A DNA stretch of 64,000 bases, taken from contig JBCDFZ010000003.1 in assembly GCA_039177115.1 (NCBI GenBank), positions 18,564 through 82,563 of the forward strand, written 5' to 3'. The notes beneath the pieces were generated by a model, which did not search any database, was not told the DNA's origin, and was given only the letters and a program-made list of their open reading frames with translations. Of the stretch, positions 54,915-63,041 are shown piece after piece (the first letter of the stretch is position 1; every line of letters starts with the position of its first letter). The position numbers and the translations under genes are program-made. The stretch is from Myxococcota bacterium (GTDB lineage: Bacteria > Myxococcota_A > Polyangia > Polyangiales > Houyiibacteriaceae).

Positions 54915-55373
54915 TCATCGCGCCTCCTGACGGCGTTCGGCGCGACGCGCAGTGGCTTCCTCCGCGCGACGCCGATCGTCGTCGTTCTGCAGAAGAAGCG
55001 GCGGAACCGGGCACGGGCGACCGTCCTCACCGATGTTGACGAACGTCAGGGTCGCGTCTGCACAAAGGTCCCGCTGACCCTGGTGCTCGCGCTCGACCCG
55101 CACGGCGATCTCCATGGAGGTGGAGAATGCGGCGTTGAGACGGGCCGTCAGACGCACCACGTCACCCACCTTGATTGGCGCTTTGAACTCGAGTGCATCG
55201 ACTCGGGCCGTCACCGAAACGCGGCCGCAGTGACGCTTCGCGGCGATGGAGCTCGCGATGTCCACCCAGCTCATGATCACCCCGCCAAACGCCGTGCCAA
55301 TCGCGTTGGCATGTTGGGGAAGCACGAGCTCGGTCATCTCGGTGAAGGAGTCGGAAGGCGGCTTGCCGGTCAT
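54915..55373 (-). CDS. Acyl-CoA thioesterase (YciA/hot-dog family)
   Basis: TELVLPQHANAIGTAFGGVIMSWVDIASSIAA is the typical hot-dog thioesterase motif. TATGCT sits 6 nt upstream of the ATG. Confidence 0.8.
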   Translation of the reverse strand: MTGKPPSDSFTEMTELVLPQHANAIGTAFGGVIMSWVDIASSIAAKRHCGRVSVTARVDALEFKAPIKVGDVVRLTARLNAAFSTSMEIAVRVEREHQGQRDLCADATLTFVNIGEDGRPCPVPPLLLQNDDDRRRAEEATARRAERRQEAR

Positions 55374-55391
55374 GACCGAAGCATACCGCGG

Positions 55392-55754
55392 CTATTCGTC
55401 ACGATGCACAGTGTCCGGCGAAAACGCGGGAAGGCAGATGGCGACGTACTCGGCGCCCTCGTCCTCCGGGGACTCGTATTGAACTCGCTCCCCGGCCGAC
55501 ACGATGACCGCCTGGCCCGCGCGAACCTCGAGGCGCTGCCCCTCCGTCACGACGCGCAGCATGCCGCGAAGAACCAACGTGTACTCGTCGAACTCCGGCG
55601 TCTGCGCGGGCTCAATCCAGCCGGCGGGGCTCACCATGCGCGCAACGCTCACGTCCACGGTGCTGCTGTTGACCCGACCCACATACTCCTCAATCACCTT
55701 GGGTTTGTTGCCAGCGGCTGCGATCTGGGTCGGGGCTTCGATCAGTCTGGCCAC
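55392..55754 (-). CDS. Small cupin-domain protein
   Basis: 120 aa. EYTLVLRGMLRVVTEGQRLEVRAGQAVIVSAGERVQYE is a cupin beta-barrel pattern. SD GGAG upstream of the GTG. Confidence 0.6.
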   Translation of the reverse strand: MARLIEAPTQIAAAGNKPKVIEEYVGRVNSSTVDVSVARMVSPAGWIEPAQTPEFDEYTLVLRGMLRVVTEGQRLEVRAGQAVIVSAGERVQYESPEDEGAEYVAICLPAFSPDTVHRDE

Positions 55755-55799
55755 GTCGATCTCCGCTGTGCTAGAAGTCGTGGCTTCGAAGGAGAATTC

Positions 55800-56306
55800 A
55801 TGGTTCGTTCCTTAGCATTGATGATGGTGATCTCCATGGCGCTGGCAGGCTGCGGCGATGACAGCAGCGGCGATGGTGGCTCGGGCGGCGGCGCGGGTTC
55901 TGGCGGGACGGCTGGCGCGGGCGGCGCTGCTGGCGCGGGCGGCGCCGGTGGTTCGGGCGGCGCCTCGGGGGCAGGCGGCGCAACCGGCGAAGCCTGTCTT
56001 GACGATCTCGCCGTGCTGGCCGAAATCGAGGACGTCAACGCACTCGTGACCGACACGTGCATCTTCGGTCCGTTCAACTGCCTGCTCAACGACGTCACCC
56101 AGTGCGTCGCCGGATGCCTCGAAAGCGAACTCGGCCTCCCGCAAGACTGCGGCACGTGCATCGGGCTCGTCACCGAGTGCATCGTCCGTGAATGTGCGGC
56201 CGACTGCGTCGACCCGGACGACCCAGGCTGCGATCCGTGCATCGCCACGGCGAGCGAAACGTGCGACCCCGAGTTCGAGGCGTGCGCAGGCTTCGAGGCG
56301 CCGTAG
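55800..56306 (+). CDS. Lipoprotein with a Gly-rich linker and a 14-Cys C-terminal domain (paralog of 29065..29751)
   Basis: In frame within ORF 54912..56306. ATG 55800 follows a GGAGA SD. Lipobox MALAGC. Cys scaffold: DCGTCIGLVTECIVRECAADCVDPDDPGCDPC. Confidence 0.65.
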   Translation: MVRSLALMMVISMALAGCGDDSSGDGGSGGGAGSGGTAGAGGAAGAGGAGGSGGASGAGGATGEACLDDLAVLAEIEDVNALVTDTCIFGPFNCLLNDVTQCVAGCLESELGLPQDCGTCIGLVTECIVRECAADCVDPDDPGCDPCIATASETCDPEFEACAGFEAP

Positions 56307-56314
56307 GCACTGCT

Positions 56315-56662
56315 CTAGACCCGCTCGAGGAACGCCTTGAGCAGCTGCGCGTGGTTGTGGGCCTCGGCCTTGGTCGCGTAGACGAACGTGGCGCCCTTCG
56401 CCCCGAGTCGTTTTCGGAGCGCGGCGGCGCTTTCCTTTCGGGCTTCAAGCTCTCGTCGGTAGCGCCTCTTGAACTCGCTCCAGTTGCCCTCGTCGCCGTG
56501 AAACCACCTTCGGAGCTCGGTCGAGGGCGCCAGCTCCTTTACCCAGACGTCGATCTGAGCCGCCTCCTTCGAAAGCCCGCGCGGCCACAGTCGGTCGACC
56601 AAGACCCGTATCCCGTCTCCGGGCTCCACCGGCTCGTAGACGCGCTTGATCCGGATCTTCAC
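56315..56662 (-). CDS. DUF488 family protein
   Basis: KRVYEPVEPGDGIRVLVDRLWPRGLSKE...WFHGD is the typical DUF488 pattern. TAGACT sits 6 nt upstream of the GTG. Confidence 0.7.
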   Translation of the reverse strand: MKIRIKRVYEPVEPGDGIRVLVDRLWPRGLSKEAAQIDVWVKELAPSTELRRWFHGDEGNWSEFKRRYRRELEARKESAAALRKRLGAKGATFVYATKAEAHNHAQLLKAFLERV

Positions 56663-56760
56663 CGGGAGAGTCTAGCGCTCGGAGCCTTGGCGAGCAGAGA
56701 CATTCCTGGCGAACTCGCTGGTTGGAAAGAGTGTGGTCCGCTTTCTGCTAAACGGGAGAC

Positions 56761-57735
56761 GTGAGGCGGAAGCTCTGGATTGCGGCGTTCGGGCTCGTCG
56801 CCCTCCTGGGCGTGCTCGGGTATGTGCTGTTTCGGCCGCTCGCGCCGCTTCCCCTGCCTGCGGACTTCGCCTGCTACGACATCGCCCAGGGCGCCTACGT
56901 GCCGCTCGCGCCCCCGCCACAGGCCTTCGGCGTAGGGCTCACCTACGCGGCACACATCGAGGAAACCGCGTCCTCATTCGACTCCGAATCGTCCCCGCCC
57001 ATCTTCGAGAAGCGCCCGCAAAGCACGGTTCGGACCGGCGCTCAGGTCCGACTCCCAACCGGGACCGAGATGACGGCGGCCGTCGGCGCGCTCGAGCCTG
57101 GGCTCGGCAACGCATTGATCGAGCGGTTCCCGAACCTCGATCCGCTCCTCGACTACGAGGTCGAGATGGGCTTCGTGCTGCTCGACGACATCGACGCGTC
57201 TTCTCTGGACGATCCGTCGTTCGCCCCGCGACTCGGCTTCTTCATTGCAAACGACCTATCCGCCCGGTCGGTCCAGATCCTGGGTGAAGGTCAGGGAAAT
57301 CGACGCGCATTCTGGAGCGCATCGAAGAGCTTCCCAGGGTTCATGCCCATCGCCGACCGCGCGTGGGTGCCGGAAGCGCCGCTGCCAAACGGAATCCCAT
57401 GCCTCGAGATCGAAACGCTCGTGAACGGCGAAGTCGTGCAGCGGCAGTCCACCACCGACATGATCTACACGCCCCGACAGATGCTGCGCTTCGTCCGTGA
57501 AGCCTTCCCGGACGTCCCGCTCGACAAGGGCACGGTTGTCCTCTCTGGCACCCCGAGCGGTGTCGCGATGACGACCCCCCGCTGGCTGGTTCGCCTAGCC
57601 GGCCTTCTACATCTGAGTCGCTTCCAGAAACACGGCAACAAGCTCGAAGATGCAGAGCTGTTCCTCAAAGCCGGCGACCGAGTCGTGGTTCGGGGTCAGG
57701 GCCTCGGGAAAGTCAACGTCACAGTCGCGCCATGA
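56761..57735 (+). CDS. Fumarylacetoacetate hydrolase (FAH) family protein with an N-terminal hydrophobic anchor or signal
   Basis: FAH motifs: DYEVEMGFVL, ANDLSARS, SGTPSGV. N-terminus: MRRKLWIAAFGLVALLGVLGYVLF. Confidence 0.7.
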   Translation: MRRKLWIAAFGLVALLGVLGYVLFRPLAPLPLPADFACYDIAQGAYVPLAPPPQAFGVGLTYAAHIEETASSFDSESSPPIFEKRPQSTVRTGAQVRLPTGTEMTAAVGALEPGLGNALIERFPNLDPLLDYEVEMGFVLLDDIDASSLDDPSFAPRLGFFIANDLSARSVQILGEGQGNRRAFWSASKSFPGFMPIADRAWVPEAPLPNGIPCLEIETLVNGEVVQRQSTTDMIYTPRQMLRFVREAFPDVPLDKGTVVLSGTPSGVAMTTPRWLVRLAGLLHLSRFQKHGNKLEDAELFLKAGDRVVVRGQGLGKVNVTVAP

Positions 57736-57736
57736 G

Positions 57737-58489
57737 TCAATCGAGCGCGTATCGAATCGGGAGCGAGATCTCGCGCTTGCGCCATCGAAGCTCGCTCGGC
57801 GGCGCCGGGATATGCAGGGCCATCACCGATTTCCTGGCCGAGTCATCGAGCACCTCGTGACCTGACGAAGTGAGAACGCGTACGCCGAGAATGCTCCCAT
57901 CGTCGCCGATGGTGATCCCAAGCCGCAGTTTCCCTTCGAGCCTCATACGGACTGCGGAGGCCGGATAGTTGCGCGTAGCGATCTTGTTGACTTCGCGCTG
58001 AATCTCCCGAAGCCAAGCGCGAAGCGCGTCACGTCGCGCGACCCCTTCGGCGCCGGTGCCGACGCCCGCCCGGGTGGCGTTCGGGTCGCTCCCGGCAGAA
58101 CCCATCGCCATGGAGTGACTCGGCGCGACACCGCCCTCGCCGCCCTCAGCGCCGGTCTCGACCGAGCCCTCGTTCGGAGAAGCGGCCTCTGGCGTCGGTG
58201 CAGCCTTGGGCCCCGCCGGCGTCACCTTCGACTTGGCGCGCCGGACTTGACGGAACTTCTTCTCGGGGACGGCTTCGGGCTCGGTGGCATCCCCGATCGT
58301 CGTGTCGTTCCCGACGCGTCCACCCCCGTCCTCCGTGATGGTGAAGTACTCGACCGACTCGATGGCGAGCGGCGGCTCTGCGTCAGACGGACCCACGCCG
58401 AGCGCCGCGAAAAACATGCCGTGCGCCAGCAGCGAGGGCACCACGTAGCCGCCGAGACGGGGAAACATCAGAGACGGAAACCCTGACAT
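57737..58489 (-). CDS. TonB-family energy transducer
   Basis: N-terminal TM helix, Pro/Ala/Glu-rich spacer, and a C-terminal TonB domain (NYPASAVRMRLEGKLRLGITIGDDGSILGVRVLTSSGHEVLDDSA). Confidence 0.7.
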   Translation of the reverse strand: MSGFPSLMFPRLGGYVVPSLLAHGMFFAALGVGPSDAEPPLAIESVEYFTITEDGGGRVGNDTTIGDATEPEAVPEKKFRQVRRAKSKVTPAGPKAAPTPEAASPNEGSVETGAEGGEGGVAPSHSMAMGSAGSDPNATRAGVGTGAEGVARRDALRAWLREIQREVNKIATRNYPASAVRMRLEGKLRLGITIGDDGSILGVRVLTSSGHEVLDDSARKSVMALHIPAPPSELRWRKREISLPIRYALD

Positions 58490-58548
58490 TGAAAATCATC
58501 TTCAACAAGGCCGGGCCCAGACCCACGACGCCTCGAACCGGTCGCTTT

Positions 58549-61110
58549 CTAGAACGTAACCTGAACGCCGATCTGGAACGAAAACGGGGCGTTCGGCCGG
58601 GCCCCGAACGGGCGTCGCGAAACGATCGCACGCGTATTCGTGATGTTCTGAAGGCGGAGGTAGGCCTCGACCGGGTCGAACCGAACCCGGCCGACCAAGT
58701 CGAGTACGAAGTAGTTGTCCGTCTCCGGGAGGTCCACGAAGTTCCCCGATGCGTCGCGCACCACCCCTTCCGGAAACGAGCTCACGTAGTTTCCAACCGT
58801 GTAGATGCCCCAGAAGGTTCGCTCGACCCCGACCTGCACGTTGAGCAGGTGGGGCGGCACGAAGTCGATCGGGTCGCCGCGTTGAACCGGTCCGACGACG
58901 GGGTCCACCACCGCTTCCTCCGACGAAGATCGGTACTGCGCGTTGGTGTACGTGTAGGAGAGTCGAACCGGCAGGTTGAACTCGTTCCGCAGCGGGACGT
59001 TGTAGCCACCGAGAAGCTCGACGCCGCCAATGAAGGCCCGCCCCTGGTTGAACTGCTCCCCGACCTGCGCCTGGCCGCATCCGCTCGATCCGGTGCATAG
59101 ACTCAAGATGTTGCTGTAGTCGTTGAAGAAGCCGATCGCTTCCCCAAAGCCGAGCCCATCTTTGGTTACGTATCGAAAGCCGGCTTCGTAGGCGATGGAG
59201 AGTTCGGGGTCAGCCGTATCGCTATTGCCAGGCGCAACCGCACTGAAGCCCCGGTGGACGCCGGCGAGCGCCGCGAAGCCCTCGAAGATCGTGTACTGGA
59301 TCCCGATCCCAGGGAGCGCCACCGTCTGCGCCGGATCCTGCACCTTCCCCGCGTCGGGCGCGTTCTTCTCGTCGGTGAAGAACGTGCGGATGTACTCGAC
59401 CCGAACGCCGGGCTTCAGCACGAGCCCTCCGATCTCGAGCCCCCACACCAGGTAGCCGGCCAGCGCCTGTGCCTCGCCCTCGTTGTCGGTGATCAGCAGA
59501 TCGGGATCCTCGACGAAAGTCTGCCCATCCCACACCAGCTGCGTGTTCTGCATGCTGTAGCTCTGCTCGGGCTGAAAGCGGTTTACGGAGTCGTAGTGAA
59601 AGCGAAGCCCGGATTCGATCTCGTGGTGAACACTGCCGGTGTCGAAATCAGCACGAAGCCGCGTCTGAATCCCCATGACCACGAACTGTCTGCGGTTGCT
59701 GATCACTCGGATGTTCTCGCTCTGGTTCAGCGTGGTGGAGTTCCTTGCACCCGTCACGACACCGAACAGGTCGGAGAAGGATGGGTCGGGCGGTGCGCTG
59801 GTGTCGTCCGGGAACGCCAGCACGCTCTGAAACGGGACGAAGCCTCGTTCATCGGCGCTGGTCGACTCGTCGCCAAACCGATTCGCTCGCTCCCACGTGC
59901 GGCGCATGTCGTGCCGGTATGCCGTCGTTTCGAGGAGAATATGCTCTCCGACGGCGAGGTTGTGCCGGAGCGAAACCGCCGTCCGCCAGAAGTCCATGTT
60001 GTCGAGCTGGCTTCCCGCGTAGCGTTGATAGGGGTCGTCCCGAAAGTCGGCGTCCGTGAGGCCGATGTACGTTTCGTTCGACTTCTCCTGCGAGCCTACG
60101 AACTTGACCGTCAGCCTGTTGAACGCATGCGCACTCAGCTTGTTGTTGACGAACGCTTTGAGACTGAACTCGCTCTTCTGGAATCCCGTGTTGTCCCGAC
60201 CGAAATCGGTGTCGAGCTCCTTGAACCCCTGGGTTCCGAGGTACACCCCTTCAGCGATGAAACCGCCCCAGTCGTTCTGTCGGCCGTAGTGAATGTGACC
60301 GCGAATCGTCTGAAAACGGCCGTACGACAGATCGATCTGCCCGAGCGGGTCTTCGGGGACGGGCCGGCTCTCGTAGTTGATCGCGCCTGCGACCGTCTGC
60401 GGTCCGTACAGAATCGCCGACGGCCCCTTAAACACCTCGACCCCCGTGATGCGCGCCATCATCGGGAAGTAGTACGCGGCGGGCGCGGAGTACGGGGCCG
60501 GGCCGAAGAGGACGTTGTCCTCCATGAGCGTGACTTTGGCGCTCCGGTTCGGGTCGGTCCCGCGGAGGCCGATGTTGGGTCTCAGCCCAAAGCCGTCCTC
60601 CTGACGAATGTAGACGCCAGGCACCTGGAGCAGCACGGCGTTGGGATCATCGTACTGCAGCTGCTCCAGCTGTTTCTGATCGAGCGCCTGCACCGAACCG
60701 CCCATCCGAAAGATGTCCTCGGGGGAGTAGCGAACCGTGACCTCTCGTAGTTCGGGCATGGGGACTTCGTCGGTGGCGGGCGAATCGGGCTCGCGGGCGC
60801 CCGTTGTGCCCGGCTCGGCCTCGTAGGGCTCGTCCTCTGCGAACACCTCCTCGTCGAGCATCTGGAGCTCCTCGTCGAGCATCCGATCTTCGACCCGGTC
60901 CTGTTTGTCTTCACCCTCGGGCGTGGACTCGGGACCGGGGGATTCCTCAGCCGGGGTCCCGGGAGCTTCAGGCTCCGACGCCTGCCCGGACGCGACCGCC
61001 GGGAGCCAGAGGAGAGCCAGCGCGAGGGCCAGCCCTCGTCGGTACCCCTTCTTATTGAAAATGAAAGTCAACAGGGGGTTTTCGGTACCATTCCCGATGA
61101 CGTCGCGCAA
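58549..61110 (-). CDS. TonB-dependent outer membrane receptor
   Basis: 853-aa ORF with plug and 22-strand barrel patterns and a terminal ...FQIGVQVTF. The start is uncertain: the track uses TTG 61110, but TTG 61071 would give the signal peptide (M)TFIFNKKGYRRGLALALALLWLPAVASG. Confidence 0.85.
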   Translation of the reverse strand: MRDVIGNGTENPLLTFIFNKKGYRRGLALALALLWLPAVASGQASEPEAPGTPAEESPGPESTPEGEDKQDRVEDRMLDEELQMLDEEVFAEDEPYEAEPGTTGAREPDSPATDEVPMPELREVTVRYSPEDIFRMGGSVQALDQKQLEQLQYDDPNAVLLQVPGVYIRQEDGFGLRPNIGLRGTDPNRSAKVTLMEDNVLFGPAPYSAPAAYYFPMMARITGVEVFKGPSAILYGPQTVAGAINYESRPVPEDPLGQIDLSYGRFQTIRGHIHYGRQNDWGGFIAEGVYLGTQGFKELDTDFGRDNTGFQKSEFSLKAFVNNKLSAHAFNRLTVKFVGSQEKSNETYIGLTDADFRDDPYQRYAGSQLDNMDFWRTAVSLRHNLAVGEHILLETTAYRHDMRRTWERANRFGDESTSADERGFVPFQSVLAFPDDTSAPPDPSFSDLFGVVTGARNSTTLNQSENIRVISNRRQFVVMGIQTRLRADFDTGSVHHEIESGLRFHYDSVNRFQPEQSYSMQNTQLVWDGQTFVEDPDLLITDNEGEAQALAGYLVWGLEIGGLVLKPGVRVEYIRTFFTDEKNAPDAGKVQDPAQTVALPGIGIQYTIFEGFAALAGVHRGFSAVAPGNSDTADPELSIAYEAGFRYVTKDGLGFGEAIGFFNDYSNILSLCTGSSGCGQAQVGEQFNQGRAFIGGVELLGGYNVPLRNEFNLPVRLSYTYTNAQYRSSSEEAVVDPVVGPVQRGDPIDFVPPHLLNVQVGVERTFWGIYTVGNYVSSFPEGVVRDASGNFVDLPETDNYFVLDLVGRVRFDPVEAYLRLQNITNTRAIVSRRPFGARPNAPFSFQIGVQVTF

Positions 61111-61157
61111 CTACCAAGTCGGCGAAAAAACCAGCAAAACTGGCGAGTTTGGGACCC

Positions 61158-62237
61158 TCAGGCCCAGGCGACCGCAATCATGCGGCGACCGTAGAACGGC
61201 ATGCGACCGTGGCCTGTCGAATCGTTGTCGATCGCGAGTACATCGCCCGCGCGCCAGGGCGTGATGACCAGGTTCTTCCAGATCGCGTCGCGCACAGCCT
61301 CCATGTCGGCGAAGGGAATCTCCGTGCCATCCCCGTAGGTGCAGTGCATCGGAAGCTGATTCGGGTCGCGGAAGCGACGCTGGCCCCGAGAGTAGAGGGT
61401 CCCGCCCGCCCAGGCGACAAGGCTTCGCGCGGAGGGCCGCAGTGCGAAGACGCGTCGAAGCTCGCCTTCGCCGTTCGAGCTGTGAAGGACCGCCGCGTGG
61501 TTGAACCAGACGGGCTCTCCCGTGCGGGGGTGCGGCTTCACCGCCGGCTGCTCGCTCAGCAGTTTCAGCGTCCCGTCCTCTTCCCAGATCGCCTCGAACC
61601 CCTCCTCGGCGCACTTCGCTTCGACGACCGAACGGTCGGTCGTTTGAAACATGTCCTGCCAAGGCTTCAGCTGGGAGAGGTCCCAGGGGCGCTTCCTCCC
61701 GGGGGAGCGGTAGTTGCGGATTACTCGAATGCCCTTGCGCTCGAAGCGGTCGCGCACCACCGGCTCGAGATCGGCGTACACGGCGCGCATGTCGACGAGA
61801 GGTGTTTCGCCGGTGCCCTGAGCGGGAGGCGTCTTGCACCAGAAGAACACGCTCCGCGGCGGGTTGGCCACGAAGCTCATTTCGTTGTGTTCGGGAATCG
61901 GAAACGGGCTTGGGATCTCGCTCGCGGTGAACACGTAGTCGGTCATCGCGTTCCTCGGCGAAAGCCCGAGGTACTCGTTCTTGAGGTCGTCGTCGATGGC
62001 GCGGGCGATTCGCTCGAAGTCCGTGGGCTCGCTCACGTCGAAGCCTCGAAACAAGACGGCGCCGTGGCGCGTGAGACCTTCACGGACCTCGGCTTCATGG
62101 TCGACGAGCCACGACACCAGGTCATTGACGCTCGAGCGGCCGTCCGCAGCGACCGTCAGCGGCAGGTCTCCCTGGGTGCGGTAGGCCAACTCGTTTCCCG
62201 CGCGCGCGGGAGCACGTTCGCTCGTCTGCATCACCAT
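61158..62237 (-). CDS. TauD/TfdA-family Fe(II)/2-oxoglutarate dioxygenase
   Basis: Family pattern GAVLFRGF...IPEHNEMSF (H-x-E facial-triad variant)...NHAAVLH. TACAAT sits 6 nt upstream of the ATG. Confidence 0.75.
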   Translation of the reverse strand: MVMQTSERAPARAGNELAYRTQGDLPLTVAADGRSSVNDLVSWLVDHEAEVREGLTRHGAVLFRGFDVSEPTDFERIARAIDDDLKNEYLGLSPRNAMTDYVFTASEIPSPFPIPEHNEMSFVANPPRSVFFWCKTPPAQGTGETPLVDMRAVYADLEPVVRDRFERKGIRVIRNYRSPGRKRPWDLSQLKPWQDMFQTTDRSVVEAKCAEEGFEAIWEEDGTLKLLSEQPAVKPHPRTGEPVWFNHAAVLHSSNGEGELRRVFALRPSARSLVAWAGGTLYSRGQRRFRDPNQLPMHCTYGDGTEIPFADMEAVRDAIWKNLVITPWRAGDVLAIDNDSTGHGRMPFYGRRMIAVAWA

Positions 62238-62243
62238 CGAGTC

Positions 62244-62249
62244 ATTGTA
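62244..62249 (-). promoter_or_regulatory. -10-like TACAAT, 6 nt upstream of the TauD-like ATG
   Basis: The minus strand reads GGGTACAATgactcgATG. Confidence 0.4.
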
Positions 62250-62320
62250 CCCTCGGCGTGGGGCGCGGAACAGTCGCCTTTTTTCATGGGGAAACGCGGC
62301 TGATTTTGGTAGGAGGGCTC

Positions 62321-62989
62321 GTGCGGTTCCTCGACTCTAGCCACGAGCACTCGACCGGGCGGCGGCGGGCATGGTTCGCTGTGGCGGCGGCGATGGCGTC
62401 TCTCGTCGGGGTGGCAGAGGGCGCTCTCGCGCAGGGGGTTCATCGAAGTCCGCACGTTCAGATCGAGGCTTCCAGGGAGGATCCGGACGAGACCGCCGAC
62501 CTGGAGGTCGAAGAGACCGCGAAAGGCATGCACCGCAGTCCCCACATCGAGGAAGAGACGGCGAACATCGTCGGCATCAAGGGCGGCTTCGTGAGTGTGT
62601 TCTCGGGCGGCGAGTACGTGCCTGGGGGGAACGTGGGCCCCTTTTACGAACGCAACGTCATCCCGGGCTGGCTGGAGCTCGAAGCCGCCATCGCGGTGAC
62701 CTTCGTAGAAGACGAAACAGTGCTTGGCTTCGACCTCTTCGCGAAAAAGCCCTTTCATGTGAACGAGCAGGTGAACCCCTACGTCGGCCTCGGCCCCAAC
62801 GCATCCATCATCTTCAGTCCGGAGTCGACGGTGACGCGCTTCGGCATCCTGATGGTCGGCGGGAGCTACTTCTGGTTAGGCCACGACCACCAGTGGGGTT
62901 TCGACGTCGAGCTCGTGTACCTATTGCTCTTCGACTCGGACCTGACCCACGAGCTGACGCTCGAGGTGGGACCCGCGTTTCGTTTCTGA
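62321..62989 (+). CDS. Secreted small beta-barrel-like protein with a duplicated G(V/M)HRSPH(V/I) motif
   Basis: ORF 62258..62989, trimmed to GTG 62321, which follows AGGAGG (62311..62316). Signal peptide: RRRAWFAVAAAMASLVGVAEGALAQ. It ends in ...GPAFRF. Confidence 0.5.
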   Translation: MRFLDSSHEHSTGRRRAWFAVAAAMASLVGVAEGALAQGVHRSPHVQIEASREDPDETADLEVEETAKGMHRSPHIEEETANIVGIKGGFVSVFSGGEYVPGGNVGPFYERNVIPGWLELEAAIAVTFVEDETVLGFDLFAKKPFHVNEQVNPYVGLGPNASIIFSPESTVTRFGILMVGGSYFWLGHDHQWGFDVELVYLLLFDSDLTHELTLEVGPAFRF

Positions 62990-63041
62990 GCCGAAGCGAC
63001 GCTTTGTGCCGCGCGGAGCGCGTTCGGTGCATACTTGCCGC

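Noticed and set aside
59254-60750. 498-aa plus-strand ORF opposite the TonB-dependent receptor
   Set aside because: It is a shadow ORF with Arg/Val/Glu/Pro-rich composition. The minus frame encodes a canonical receptor.
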